The position numbers and the translations under genes are program-made. From Saccharolobus solfataricus P2 (GTDB lineage: Archaea; Thermoproteota; Thermoprotei_A; Sulfolobales; Sulfolobaceae): a DNA stretch of 64,000 bases. The notes under the pieces are model-generated. The model was given only the letters and a program-made list of their open reading frames with translations. It did no database searches and had not been told where the DNA came from. Shown here one piece after another: positions 10,665 to 22,279 of this stretch; the first letter of the stretch is position 1; every line of letters starts with the position of its first letter. The DNA lies in NCBI RefSeq assembly GCF_000007005.1, contig NC_002754.1; one strand, 5' to 3'.

Positions 10665-11120
10665 CTACTCCTCAAAATCCTTCAATATCCATCCTTGATA
10701 TCCATGAATTTCTAGTTCTTTACAAGCTGAGACAGATTTCGCTTCACCTATAGTAATGGAAACATTAGGGATAGTCTTATTTTCACACAGATTCACTACT
10801 CCATTGAGATCGAGCTGCGAAATATCATTAATTAGAAGGATGATTTTCACATCCTTTCTTCTTAGTTCCTTTATCTTTTTAATATTCTCTATATGAAAAT
10901 TAAGGTATGTTAGAGTTGATTCTTCGTAAATAAATATCAATCTTATTTCTCTCTCTAGATCCAAGTAAAACGGAATTTTAATTCCGTTAATTTCCACATT
11001 TTTCCTTGCACTAATCACTATCTGATCTAATTTTTTAACCATTTCCATTAAATAATCATTAATTAAATCATCTTCTATTAACTCATTTTTTGAAACTAAG
11101 ATTTTATCCATTTTTCCCAC
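10665..11120 (-). CDS. Hypothetical cytoplasmic protein, middle gene of the GT2 operon
   Basis: Abuts the GT2 stop (11121) and lies 10 nt before the surface protein; normal composition. Confidence 0.7.
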   Translation of the reverse strand: MGKMDKILVSKNELIEDDLINDYLMEMVKKLDQIVISARKNVEINGIKIPFYLDLEREIRLIFIYEESTLTYLNFHIENIKKIKELRRKDVKIILLINDISQLDLNGVVNLCENKTIPNVSITIGEAKSVSACKELEIHGYQGWILKDFEE

Positions 11121-12389
<1,269 letters not shown>

Positions 12390-12654
12390 AAGCTTATAAA
12401 TCCTTATGTTTTTTTCATCAAAATTAGATATATAATAACTATGAATTATACACAGTTCACAACTTAGAAAAATAATAATATTTAAATAAATAACATTTAT
12501 TCTTAACCAACAAAGTTAACTACACGATATCTTTATTGGTATATAAGATTTTTATTTATCTCACGGAGCGTTCAGTAATAAATCTCGTGGTTGAATTTTA
12601 AGCATAGTGTAAGCTAATATTACCACGCAGATCTCCTTTCAATCCGCGTGATTA

Positions 12655-13817
12655 CGGAAGACCCAAAATCTTTTTACAAAAAAAAAAAAAAAAAAAAACA
12701 ATATTAGTTAATTAATATCCAGCTTATAAAGGATAATAGAGTAAATTATAGTGTTAAGAATTCAACAAATTGAAAGGAAAAATTTTAGGTGAGGAGATCT
12801 GTATTACCAAGAGTGAATTCCAAATAATAATACTTAACTTTCCCCACCCAAATTCAGCAAATAGGGTATAAATTACTTTCCATGATAGACTTTAAGGGAA
12901 GAAAGGGAAAAGAACAAGCGAAACCCTCGTCACAGCCGTGGAACGACTCAATCGAGAACAAGTCAAAGATGTTCAAGACCTCAAGCCAAACAGTGAGAAA
13001 CTACGCCGAGAAAGAAGAAGTAGCCGAGAAATTACCCAAACGAGTGAAACAACTATCCCTTGAAATGCTAAAAGCAGTGAAGAAAGTAAACATATCAATA
13101 GATTGGACCACGATAAAGTACCAGACCAATAGAGAGGTTAGGTAGCTCAGAAGATGGATACTCATGGAACTACGCAACTGCAACGACAAAACACAACGGG
13201 AAAATACTAGCATTCATTGAACAAGAGAAAGGGATGACAAAAGACGACACAGTCAAGCTACTTATTGAATAGATCTCACCAATGGGTCTAAAAGTAAACT
13301 TGATAACACTTGACGCGGGATTCTACTCAGCAGACGTGTTGAACTTCATCTCCAAGTTCAAGTTGCAGTCCCAGTAGGTACCTTGAAAATCCACAACGAT
13401 TTCGATGAAGGTGAAGAATAGCAAGAGACATAGGAGGTAAAAGCAGGTGAAGTTCAAGTCAATTGTTCAAGGTAGGGATTAGGAGGAAGAATTGAGTACT
13501 TCGCTAGGGCCACAAACCTAGATCTACCCAAGGATGTGGTGTTTAGGCTTTACAACAAGGTGAACCCAATAGAGACTTCCTATAGGAATATCAAGTCGTT
13601 TCTCCCGTTCATAAGCTCAACCAGGTTAGCGTTTCGTAAGCTGATGTTCATGATAGCTCTCTACTTCCTCCTCACCATATTCAAGGATGTGAAGAGGGAA
13701 GACTTTTACTCATCCTTTTATTCATAACAGTAATATCAAGGATAATTTTATTAAAATAGAGAAAACGCTTAATGATACTATAGATTTATTTTCAAGTGGG
13801 CGATTTTGGGTCTACCG
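12655..13817 (+). mobile_element. Degenerate ISH3-family (ISC1225-like) IS
   Basis: TIRs CGGAAGACCCAAAATC / GATTTTGGGTCTACCG (15/16 match); fragmented transposase at about 12820-13730. Confidence 0.85.
12678..12698. repeat. A21 homopolymer inside the IS left end
   Basis: 21 consecutive A. Confidence 0.9.
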
Positions 13818-13857
13818 TCACGGAAGGGGACTTTCGCCTCCTTAATCCCCATCAAGG
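13818..13857 (-). mobile_element. Orphan left end of an IS200/IS605-type (SMN1-like) element
   Basis: Minus strand reads TTTAA|CCTTGATGGGGATTAAGGAGGCGAAAGTCCCCTTCCGTGA, matching 20235-20280; it begins right after the araDH stop. Confidence 0.75.
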
Positions 13858-13862
13858 TTAAA

Positions 13863-14897
13863 TTATGGTGTTATTACTTGTCTTCCGTCTACTCTTCCCT
13901 CATCCAAGTTAGTGAATGCTTTGTTAATATCATCTAAAGGTACCTTAATAATATATGGCTTAATTTTTCCACTTTCACTAAGCCTTACTACATCTTCTAA
14001 ATCGTTTAGCGAACCGTAATTTGAACCCAGAAGCTTCTTATTCCACACCGCAGTATCAAAGGCTTCTAAACTTACTCTCTTCCCCTCCATTCCTACCAGT
14101 ATTATTGCACCTTCTTGTGCTAATAATTTTCCTAAATTATAAGTAGTTTCCTCAGTCCCCACCAGATCTATTGCAATACTAGCACCTAAACCATCTGTGA
14201 GTTTGTTTATTAGACTCTCAGCGTCTTTCATTTCCGACACATAGTCTGCTCCTAACTCTAACGCGAAATCCCTATGCTTCTTACTCCTAGAAATTCCAAC
14301 TATAGTTATATTCTTCATTAACGCTTTTAATATTTGGATAGTGTAAACGGCTAACCCTCCAATACCGTTAACTATAACAACTGGTTCAGCGAATTTACTT
14401 ATGAACGGCAAGGCTTGCCTTATAGCCCCCATAGAGGTCGTACCGGCATCCGCTAAGGGTGCTGCTTCAACTGGGCTTAGGCTGTTTAATTTTACCAGCC
14501 ATCTGGAGCTTTTAACCAACATGTACTCTGAGAAACCACCATTTGTTGTTTGCCCGGGGATTATTTGATTTTTACAAATGTTGAACTTCCCCTCTCTGCA
14601 ATATCTGCAAGTTAGGTCACCCCATGTTGCGTAAACTACTACGTTGTCTCCCTTCTTTACCTTTGCTAACTCTCCGACTTCCACTATTGTCCCAGCGTTT
14701 TCGTGACCTAGTATTATTGGTAATCTAAAGCCTTGCTTCGCTTCAACTCCCTTCCATACTCTTAAATCTGTTCTACAGACTCCAGCTCCTCCTATCCTTA
14801 TTAACACCTCTTCCCCTTGGGGTTCTGGAATGTTAACGTCTTCTATTGATAATGGTTCAGAGAACTTCTTTAGAAGGGCTGCTTTTGATTTAACCAT
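13863..14897 (-). CDS. araDH: D-arabinose 1-dehydrogenase (Zn-dependent MDR)
   Basis: GVCRTD, GHENAG, structural Zn site D-x2-C-x2-C-x7-C; recognised as the S. solfataricus enzyme (MVKSKAALLKKFSEPL); ARA box upstream. Confidence 0.9.
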   Translation of the reverse strand: MVKSKAALLKKFSEPLSIEDVNIPEPQGEEVLIRIGGAGVCRTDLRVWKGVEAKQGFRLPIILGHENAGTIVEVGELAKVKKGDNVVVYATWGDLTCRYCREGKFNICKNQIIPGQTTNGGFSEYMLVKSSRWLVKLNSLSPVEAAPLADAGTTSMGAIRQALPFISKFAEPVVIVNGIGGLAVYTIQILKALMKNITIVGISRSKKHRDFALELGADYVSEMKDAESLINKLTDGLGASIAIDLVGTEETTYNLGKLLAQEGAIILVGMEGKRVSLEAFDTAVWNKKLLGSNYGSLNDLEDVVRLSESGKIKPYIIKVPLDDINKAFTNLDEGRVDGRQVITP

Positions 14898-14936
14898 ATT
14901 TACATTTTCCATAAAGCTGAATAAAAGGTGATTCCA

Positions 14937-14944
14937 AACATGTT
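14937..14944 (-). promoter_or_regulatory. ARA box AACATGTT upstream of araDH
   Basis: Perfect consensus about 10 nt upstream of TATA-like TTTTATT (about 14920-14926), which is about 25 nt before ATG 14897. Confidence 0.8.
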
Positions 14945-15024
14945 AGGATTGGTATTCATCACTAAAGTTAATTATACTTGCTTATAGTCTGAAGGGCAAC
15001 AACATTTCTAAAACTACACAAGAC

Positions 15025-16457
15025 CAGTGGTGTTTCACCAAATTATTTCATTTGAAAGATATAATATTAGTCCTTTCAGAAAGAGATTGATATAGAGAAA
15101 AACAATAAAATTATTATGAAACATAACATGTTAAGATAATTTGCAAAAAATATAGCGTACAATTCTAATAAAAAAGGAGAATTTTGAATTTTTCTCACGT
15201 GGTGAAAAAGACGTGCATAGTCTCCTCTGAACACCGAGAAAGTTAGAGAAGCTTGACGAATGAATCGAAGTACAAAACCTTCTTACACGTGGACTTGAAG
15301 TTAAAGAGAAGATGATTCACTAGATTCCACGCAGAATCCAGAACCGTATAATAGAGGAACAAGAAGATCTTGTTACTCAACTTCCTAACATACCTTATCC
15401 TTGCCTTCCTAACCTTGAAACCCTCCTCAACCTGCCACCTCAACCTATAGAGTTCAGCCAGTTCATAGGGATCTCCCTCGAAGTTCGTCACGAAGATGAA
15501 GTGCCTCGGCTTCCCCTTAACGTAAACCACATCGTAATAATAAAGCCCTTCAAATTCCAAGACCCTATACGCAACGTAAACCTTGTCCTTAACCTCATAT
15601 CTCTTCTCAACTAATGGAACGTTAGATAGTTCCTTGGATCCCTTCAAGTTTGACTTTCCTCTCACAATGGTCTTCACGGGCATTTCCTTGATGACCCCTA
15701 GGTTCAAGAATCCGGCGTCAGCTACAACGTAATCTATTTCCATGTATTGGCTTACTTCCCTCACGCTCCTAAGTAGGAACTGTGATGGACTGTCGCTTCT
15801 CAAATCTGCTATCTCCACTAGGAGGGGTAACCTTAAGGGATATACGAGGTCCAAGGATCTCATCTTTACTCCTTTTCTCTTCCAGTTGTAGAGTAGAAAG
15901 CCCTCTGCTTTTTCTTGTTCCTTTTCTCCCACGGTTAATCCGGTCTCATCTACACTACGTTGATCTCTCCCTTTACTTCTCTGTAGATTGGGTAGAACTT
16001 GAAGGTTCTCTGACCTTTGCTAATTACTTTCTCGCCTTGTCTTACTACCTTCAAGTAGTATTTTCCTCTGTTTCCGGTTAGCAAGGATGGTGCTGCTTTC
16101 ACTATTTCCGGGTCTAGATCTTGGGAGATAAGGTTAATATTGATTGTTGCTAAATTTATAGCGAGGGACTTCAGCTCCGTTATGGATACTTGTATGGTTT
16201 GCATAACGGAGTTATGGAGTCCCTCGCTTTAACCTTTTCTTGTTCATCTCGTCCTTCCACCTACTTTCCTCTATTGATAATACTAGACAAATGGTATTAC
16301 TCTTTATATATAAACTCGTTTTCTGTTAGTTTCTTCAACAAATATGAAATTTTTTGCTTCTTGTATTGAAATAAGTCGATTTTTCTAACTCCGCTCTGAT
16401 ATTTTTCTCTTCCATAGAAATTGTATCATTTTGAGTAAAATTGGTGAAACACCACTG
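15025..16457 (-). mobile_element. ISC1439-type IS (ISH3 family), transposase frameshifted
   Basis: 17-bp TIR CAGTGGTGTTTCACCAA; 9-bp TSD ACACAAGAC; a 4-bp deletion near 15950 relative to the copy at 31379 splits the ORF (16204-15950 / 15932-15243). Confidence 0.93.
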
Positions 16458-16552
16458 ACACAAGACCTTTCCGTATGATAGGAATAGAGTCTTGCCCTTT
16501 AAAGTCTCAGAAAGTATAAATATAAGCTTTATGTGATTCTCGTACTTATCCA

Positions 16553-16560
16553 CACAAGTT
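16553..16560 (+). promoter_or_regulatory. ARA-box-like element CACAAGTT
   Basis: One mismatch to AACAAGTT; 8 nt upstream of TTGATAAA (16569) and about 45 nt before ATG 16602. Confidence 0.45.
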
Positions 16561-16601
16561 AGGGTTAATTGATAAAAGGATGCTCAGACAAATGTTATAG
16601 T

Positions 16602-17720
16602 ATGACTGCAAAAATTGATAAGATATACGTAGTTACTACGGAAAGAATTTCAAGGCAGAATTTTCCTTACGTTAAACCGACTGATTATTACAGAGAATAT
16701 TTGGGATCTTTATCGCCATTTCAATCAGCGTTCATGGATAAGGTTTGCTTTATAAGAATGGATCTAGACGATAACGTCACTTATTCCATTCTTGAAACCT
16801 CTGAGTCTGTGTGTAATTTCGTAATGTCAAATTTAGCTGATCTGGTTAGGGGTTTACCCGTTTCTAGGATAAACATGGTGTGGGATTTGTTATATAGATA
16901 TACCTTGCCAATTGGCAGGAGTGGGATAGCAATTCATGCAATAAGTGTTATTAATCTTTTAATGTACGATGCATATGCCAAGTTGCTGGGAGTTCCAGTT
17001 TACGAACTATTAGGAGGAAAAGCTAGGGATAAGATAAGGGCTTACGCTAGTCATCTACATCCCACAAGTAAGGATGAGTTAGAGAAGGAGGCTAGGAGTT
17101 ATGTAGAGGAAGGATACGCTGCAATGAAGATGAGGTTCTGCTGTGGCCCCTCTGATCCTCTAGGTGTTGATAAGAACGTTGAATTGGTAAAAGTTATAAG
17201 GGATAGTGTTGGATATTCAGTGGATTTGGCTGGGGATGCGTGGATGTCTTGGAATTTGAATTTCGCGTTAAAGATGGCTAGGAGATTGGAGAAATATGAG
17301 TTAAGTTGGATTGAGGAACCTTTATTACCGGATGACTTTGAGTCTTATAGTTACTTAAGTAAGAGAACAGATATTCCAATATCTGCTGGTGAACATCACT
17401 ATCACGTTTACGATTTCAAGAGGCTTTTGGATTCCGGAGTGAGAATATTACAGCCCGATGCCGTATGGGTTGGAGGGATAACTCCAATGAAGAGAATTAC
17501 TGGATTGGCTGAAGCTTATGGTGGTGTTGTAATCCCTCATACTTCTAACATATACAATTTGCACTTTATAATATCAGAACCAGAAAGTGTTTCGCCAATG
17601 GCTGAGTACTTAACCAAATATAAATGGCTAGAGGATAGAATGATAAATCCTCCTAAGCCAATAAAGGGATATTTCGAATTGGGAGAAGAAAAAGGTTTTG
17701 GCTTAAAGTATGACCTTTAA
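16602..17720 (+). CDS. Enolase-superfamily sugar-acid dehydratase (L-rhamnonate dehydratase-like)
   Basis: GDAWMS, WIEEPL, AGEH, QPDxxWxGG and IPH motifs; probable start at 16602. Confidence 0.85.
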   Translation: MTAKIDKIYVVTTERISRQNFPYVKPTDYYREYLGSLSPFQSAFMDKVCFIRMDLDDNVTYSILETSESVCNFVMSNLADLVRGLPVSRINMVWDLLYRYTLPIGRSGIAIHAISVINLLMYDAYAKLLGVPVYELLGGKARDKIRAYASHLHPTSKDELEKEARSYVEEGYAAMKMRFCCGPSDPLGVDKNVELVKVIRDSVGYSVDLAGDAWMSWNLNFALKMARRLEKYELSWIEEPLLPDDFESYSYLSKRTDIPISAGEHHYHVYDFKRLLDSGVRILQPDAVWVGGITPMKRITGLAEAYGGVVIPHTSNIYNLHFIISEPESVSPMAEYLTKYKWLEDRMINPPKPIKGYFELGEEKGFGLKYDL

Positions 17721-17724
17721 TAGT

Positions 17725-19116
17725 TTATTTGTTGCCAAGAGGTCTTGTATTCACTTCTACTACTTTAGATACTGGAACTTTACCTCCATAAAAGTCCTTT
17801 ATTACCACCTCTAAGGATTTTCCATGTGTATCTGGTCCCACTAATAATCCCAAAATAATATTTAGTATAAAGAATGAAGTAGCTACTGCAGCTATTGCTG
17901 AATAACCTATTACAGTAATTATTGAAGGTACGAAGATACTCCATATTCCCAATGCTATTCTCATCCAGCCCCATACAAAACCTTGAGCCGTATTTCTTAT
18001 TTCCGTTGGGAAAAGCTCCGTTGACCAGACTCTAGTTTGAGGCCATAACGCCATTCCATGACCGAATCCAAATAAGAATACATTGAATAATGCTACCCAA
18101 AGTATCTTGAATGGTAAACCTATAGGTAATGCGAAACCAATTGCGCAAATAAGAGAACTTACTGCATATAATAGCTTCCTATTCACTTTGTCTGATAGCT
18201 GCATGTATACTCCAACAACTCCAATTATTGCAGTCACGAACCACGCGATTTGAACTAGATCACCTACTACAGAACTTTTGATAGACAAATCTTCTATGAG
18301 GAAAGGTAAGAAGAATCCAAAGGTTCCAGCTGGTACTCCCCAGAAAATATAGATTGGGATCATGAAGGCTAATCCTTTCCAATATTTGAACATATCACTC
18401 CACTTACCTTTGGTCTCAGCCTTAGGTATTACACTTACGCTTTGTCCTAATTGTACTAATGCTTGTTTAACCACTTCTTCTTTTCCCTTCACTAGTCCCC
18501 ATCTAGCGGATTCAGCAATTCCTCTTCTTAGGACCCATGTTACTATTGCAACTATTGTCAAAAACCCGAATAGGACTCTAAAGGAGTTAACACCCAATGG
18601 AACCGTGCCTATACCTAGAAGCAATATTATTATGGGTCCAATATACCAGAATAAGTTAGTAAATGACATTAATCTTCCGCGATTCCTCTTAGGAGCTAGC
18701 TCAGCTATTAGTGACCAACTTGTTGGTACGTCAACTCCCACTGCCAACCCTACTATAGTATACCCTATAATAACCATGTAGTAATTTATTGCTGATAATA
18801 TAATTATTGCACCTATTGCATATACGATTAGATCATATGTATATATAGCCTTCCTTCCATATCTGTCACCTAGTGGTCCAGCTATCCAAGCTCCTATACC
18901 AGCGGCAAAGGCATTTGGACTTAACGCAGCTATTATACCTAAGAGAAGGGAATTAAGATGGAAGAGGGAAACCCATATACTTACTGATGCGGCACCCGCA
19001 ACTATCGCTCCTGCATCAAGAAAATCTGCTAAAGCAGATAGGATTGTCCACCTATAGTGCGTAGATGATAGTTTAGCCTCATCAAGTGCTTTTAGAGGAT
19101 CTGAAGGTTCACTCAT
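17725..19116 (-). CDS. MFS sugar porter
   Basis: GDRYGRK, AELAPKRNRG, ESARW, TELFPTEIR motifs; about 12 TM. Confidence 0.9.
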   Translation of the reverse strand: MSEPSDPLKALDEAKLSSTHYRWTILSALADFLDAGAIVAGAASVSIWVSLFHLNSLLLGIIAALSPNAFAAGIGAWIAGPLGDRYGRKAIYTYDLIVYAIGAIIILSAINYYMVIIGYTIVGLAVGVDVPTSWSLIAELAPKRNRGRLMSFTNLFWYIGPIIILLLGIGTVPLGVNSFRVLFGFLTIVAIVTWVLRRGIAESARWGLVKGKEEVVKQALVQLGQSVSVIPKAETKGKWSDMFKYWKGLAFMIPIYIFWGVPAGTFGFFLPFLIEDLSIKSSVVGDLVQIAWFVTAIIGVVGVYMQLSDKVNRKLLYAVSSLICAIGFALPIGLPFKILWVALFNVFLFGFGHGMALWPQTRVWSTELFPTEIRNTAQGFVWGWMRIALGIWSIFVPSIITVIGYSAIAAVATSFFILNIILGLLVGPDTHGKSLEVVIKDFYGGKVPVSKVVEVNTRPLGNK

Positions 19117-19218
19117 TATTGGTATTTATGTTATATATAGTTTATAAGTAAGGATCCATACTTATATGGAGATATGTATTCTGTCCGGTAAATTTTTAAA
19201 ACATAATATGCTTAGAGC

Positions 19219-19923
19219 TTAATAATCTGGAGAGTGAAAAAGTAGATCTTGTTGGTAGAACTCCCTAAATATTTTAGACATAATCTTCTTTTCGGCTTTC
19301 CTTAAATACTCCTCCAACGTGGGTTTTGATATTCCCATGATCTTTCCTAATTCCTCTAGGTTTATTCTTCTAGGATATTCATAATATCCTAGTCTTATGG
19401 CGTGAAGCACAGCATTCCTTTCTTGCTCAGAAAAATCAAAGAATGTAGGTACGAAGTCATTAAAGTTTACAAGTTTAGCATTAAAGTAATGGATCTTCCC
19501 TATTGATTCCAAATCCCTCTTAAGCATTGTAACGTCACTTGAAGGCATAATTAGTAATAATCTTTCATTACCTTCTTTTATTAAATCTTTTATATAGAGC
19601 GTCATATAATTTTCTATGATACTCATGATCATGTTCTCATACCTTTCTTTAAACAATATTCTATAAATCCCCCTCCTACTGTCCAACTCTAAGATTTGTA
19701 TAATCTCGTAAATGCTCTTCTCTTTCTTGAACGATTTTAAAAAATCCTTAAATACTCTTCTGTTATATGTTTTAACTTCGTCCATTCCTAAAATGTAGTC
19801 TTTTCCCTTACTCGGTTTTGCAAAAATCGTCTTTACTTGTACAGGAAAACTTGACGTGAGTTTACTCCAACAATCCTCGTGATCTATTTCAAAAGTCACT
19901 AGTGACAAGTTAAATAGTGACAC
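19219..19923 (-). CDS. Bacterio-opsin-activator (HTH_10) type transcription regulator
   Basis: C-terminal GYYEYPRRINLEELGKIMGISKPTLEEYLRKAEKK. Confidence 0.88.
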   Translation of the reverse strand: MSLFNLSLVTFEIDHEDCWSKLTSSFPVQVKTIFAKPSKGKDYILGMDEVKTYNRRVFKDFLKSFKKEKSIYEIIQILELDSRRGIYRILFKERYENMIMSIIENYMTLYIKDLIKEGNERLLLIMPSSDVTMLKRDLESIGKIHYFNAKLVNFNDFVPTFFDFSEQERNAVLHAIRLGYYEYPRRINLEELGKIMGISKPTLEEYLRKAEKKIMSKIFREFYQQDLLFHSPDY

Positions 19924-20239
19924 AATTAAAAGTATATTTTTAAAAATATATAATAGTTTAGGACATTTAATTACGTTAGACTTGAGTATAGTTTTTGGTA
20001 ACTTACCATAAACGATCGAATAGTTGTAATGTGAATTTCATCTATCAACTAAATATTTTTATTTTACATAATGAATATTATAAAAGATTTGTATTCGTCA
20101 AAGAAGCTGATACTTTTTCCTTTAACATAATGAAAATCTTATAAAGACAGAATTGCAAAAATGGGGCGTTCAGTAGTAAATCTTACGGTCAAATTTCAGA
20201 GTGTGGACAATAACTTCGTTCATTCGAAACTTAGTTTAA

Positions 20240-20896
20240 CCTTGATGGGGGTTAAAGGGGCGTAATTCCCCTTCTGTGAGGTAGGGGATGGATAGCTCTG
20301 GAAAAGTTTATTACCAAGAAGTAATAAAAACGAATCTGACCTTGGCTGAGAGAGCTGGGTCGTACCTATGGGACTGGGGGATCTTAAGTCTGTGGAGAGC
20401 AAACCCTCCGTAACCTCTATTCCATATCGGGCATTGCAGAACGGTTTGATGGAACCTCCGCTATGGGGATCGAGGTTAATCTGAGAAGCAGGAAATCCTC
20501 ATCGCGAGGTGAGGATGCTCCGTCTGTGACGGTAGACTCAAAATCGTATTATCAAAAATAATAGCTTTCCGTTAATAACCAATTATCGTGCATTACATGA
20601 TTATTTTACTCAATTATACCAAAATTTATGGAAAATTCTAGTCCTATAGTAATATTTTTTATAATAGTTAATATAAAAAATGTTAATTGAGTATGAACAT
20701 ATATTAAAAATGACATTAAATTCAAAGAAATCCAATTTTATTTATATTATCAGATACATATAATTAAATTTTAGATTATTAATAATAAGAAAACAGAAAA
20801 AATTTTCTTATATTTGAAGAAATAATGTGAGAATCCTATCTGAATTTATATTTGTAAGATGATTTTGGATCTACTGGTGAGGGCGGGGTAGTTCAC
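20240..20896 (+). mobile_element. Non-autonomous IS200/IS605 derivative (SMN1-like, about 306 bp when empty)
   Basis: Inserted after TTTAA with no TSD; left-end hairpin, tnpB 3'-tail-like interior, right end GGGCGGGGTAGTTCAC; homologous to 51499-51772. Confidence 0.8.
20530..20876. mobile_element. 347-bp non-autonomous ISH3/ISC1225-type MITE
   Basis: TIRs CGGTAGACTCAAAATC / GATTTTGGATCTACTG; 4-bp TSD GTGA (20526-20529, 20877-20880); AT-rich non-coding interior. Confidence 0.85.
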
Positions 20897-21334
20897 ATTC
20901 TCCATAATACCACTTTCGCCAAATACTTCAATTGGGTAATAAAATTTTTGGAAGAAGATTTAAAAGTTGCGATATCTTCTCTTTTTCCAACATTCGGATC
21001 TTACGGTGAATTGAAAATAACTGAATACTTTATGTGATTTATACTAAATTAACAAAATTGTTGTCCACACTTAAGGGTGAGAGGGTAATATTTCTTTTAA
21101 AAAAGAACAAAGAACGAACCAGTTTCACTACTAGCGAGTCACTAATTCATGTTTACCTTTTGCTAGAAGAGTTTGGATGGATTCCAAAACAAGGAGATTC
21201 TAAAGTCTTAAAGGTTAAGAGAAAGATTTGTTATAACTTGAGGTTTATTGGATAAAATTACCAATAATATAGATTTTTATACTCTCTAGAAAGTTCCTAT
21301 TAACTTAAAATAGGTATATATTTAGGGTTAAAAT

Positions 21335-22072
21335 ATGAAGTGCCAGATACAATACGTTGAGTTACCGAATACTTTCCCTAAATCTGATGTAGATGTTTAT
21401 AGGGTGTTGGAAGAGGATGGTAAATATTACATTAGACTTGAGCTTAATGGCAAACCAATGTATTTTACCTTTAGTACCAGCGAAATAGTTTTGCACTCGA
21501 AGGAACTATACGAACTGGTCTCAAGGGAGGAGATTGACGATTGTTCCCCATTGGGAATTTTAGACGAAATCTTCTATGTAATATTATATCAATTGGGTAC
21601 TAAGAGAACTCAACTCTTCTTAGAATTCGATAACCTTTTCGATCTCATAACGTCTGGAAAGGTAAAAGATTCAAAACGCATAATATTGTTAAGGAAGATG
21701 ATATTAACGAATTATTCAGATTCAACAGTAATATACTACGTTAGTAGAAGGTTGAGCAAATTCCTCACAGCTGAGAGTGTAGAGGACGTTAAGTTCAATT
21801 ATGAAAGAGCTGAATTGCTAGTTACTAGATCTGGTGATCTGTACAACATCTATCTCACAGAAGTCCAAAACGAGTTAAATGAGATAATCAAAAAGCTTAC
21901 CTCGATATCGTTTATATTTATGCCCATAACTGCAGTTGCCAGCATATACGCGGTTGACTTCACAAATGTATATAGTACACTTATAAACTGGCAGAGCTTA
22001 ATCTTCTTATCTCCCGTTTTAATATTAACAATCCTTCTGGTAATTTACCTAAGGAAAATAAGGTGGTTATAA
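21335..22072 (+). CDS. CorA-like divalent cation transporter (short, atypical signature)
   Basis: NELNEIIKKLT stalk helix, FMPIT, two C-terminal TMs; YAVDF in place of YGMNF. Confidence 0.7.
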   Translation: MKCQIQYVELPNTFPKSDVDVYRVLEEDGKYYIRLELNGKPMYFTFSTSEIVLHSKELYELVSREEIDDCSPLGILDEIFYVILYQLGTKRTQLFLEFDNLFDLITSGKVKDSKRIILLRKMILTNYSDSTVIYYVSRRLSKFLTAESVEDVKFNYERAELLVTRSGDLYNIYLTEVQNELNEIIKKLTSISFIFMPITAVASIYAVDFTNVYSTLINWQSLIFLSPVLILTILLVIYLRKIRWL

Positions 22073-22279
22073 AATCCTCTGGTAAAGTAATCGTTACATA
22101 CTTACAGCTGATAACCTTTGATGGAGATATTGAACTTTTGCAAATTTATCCTTAAAAAAAGATGTAAAATTTATAATGTGCCATAAAAACTATTCCCTCT
22201 TACTTAAATATTTACGTAAAATATAATTCATTTAAGAGTAAAGTGTTTATGTAGATACCCTTTTAAAAGCTTAAAATGT

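Larger units (their letters stand above)
20200..21071. mobile_element. MITE family X (about 215 bp when empty) carrying nested elements
   Basis: TIRs AGTGTGGACAATAACTT / AATTGTTGTCCACACT; the uninterrupted homolog is at 42668-42861. Confidence 0.7.

Noticed and set aside
21034-21255. 73-aa ORF
   Set aside because: It starts inside the right end of MITE X and shows no recognisable motif.
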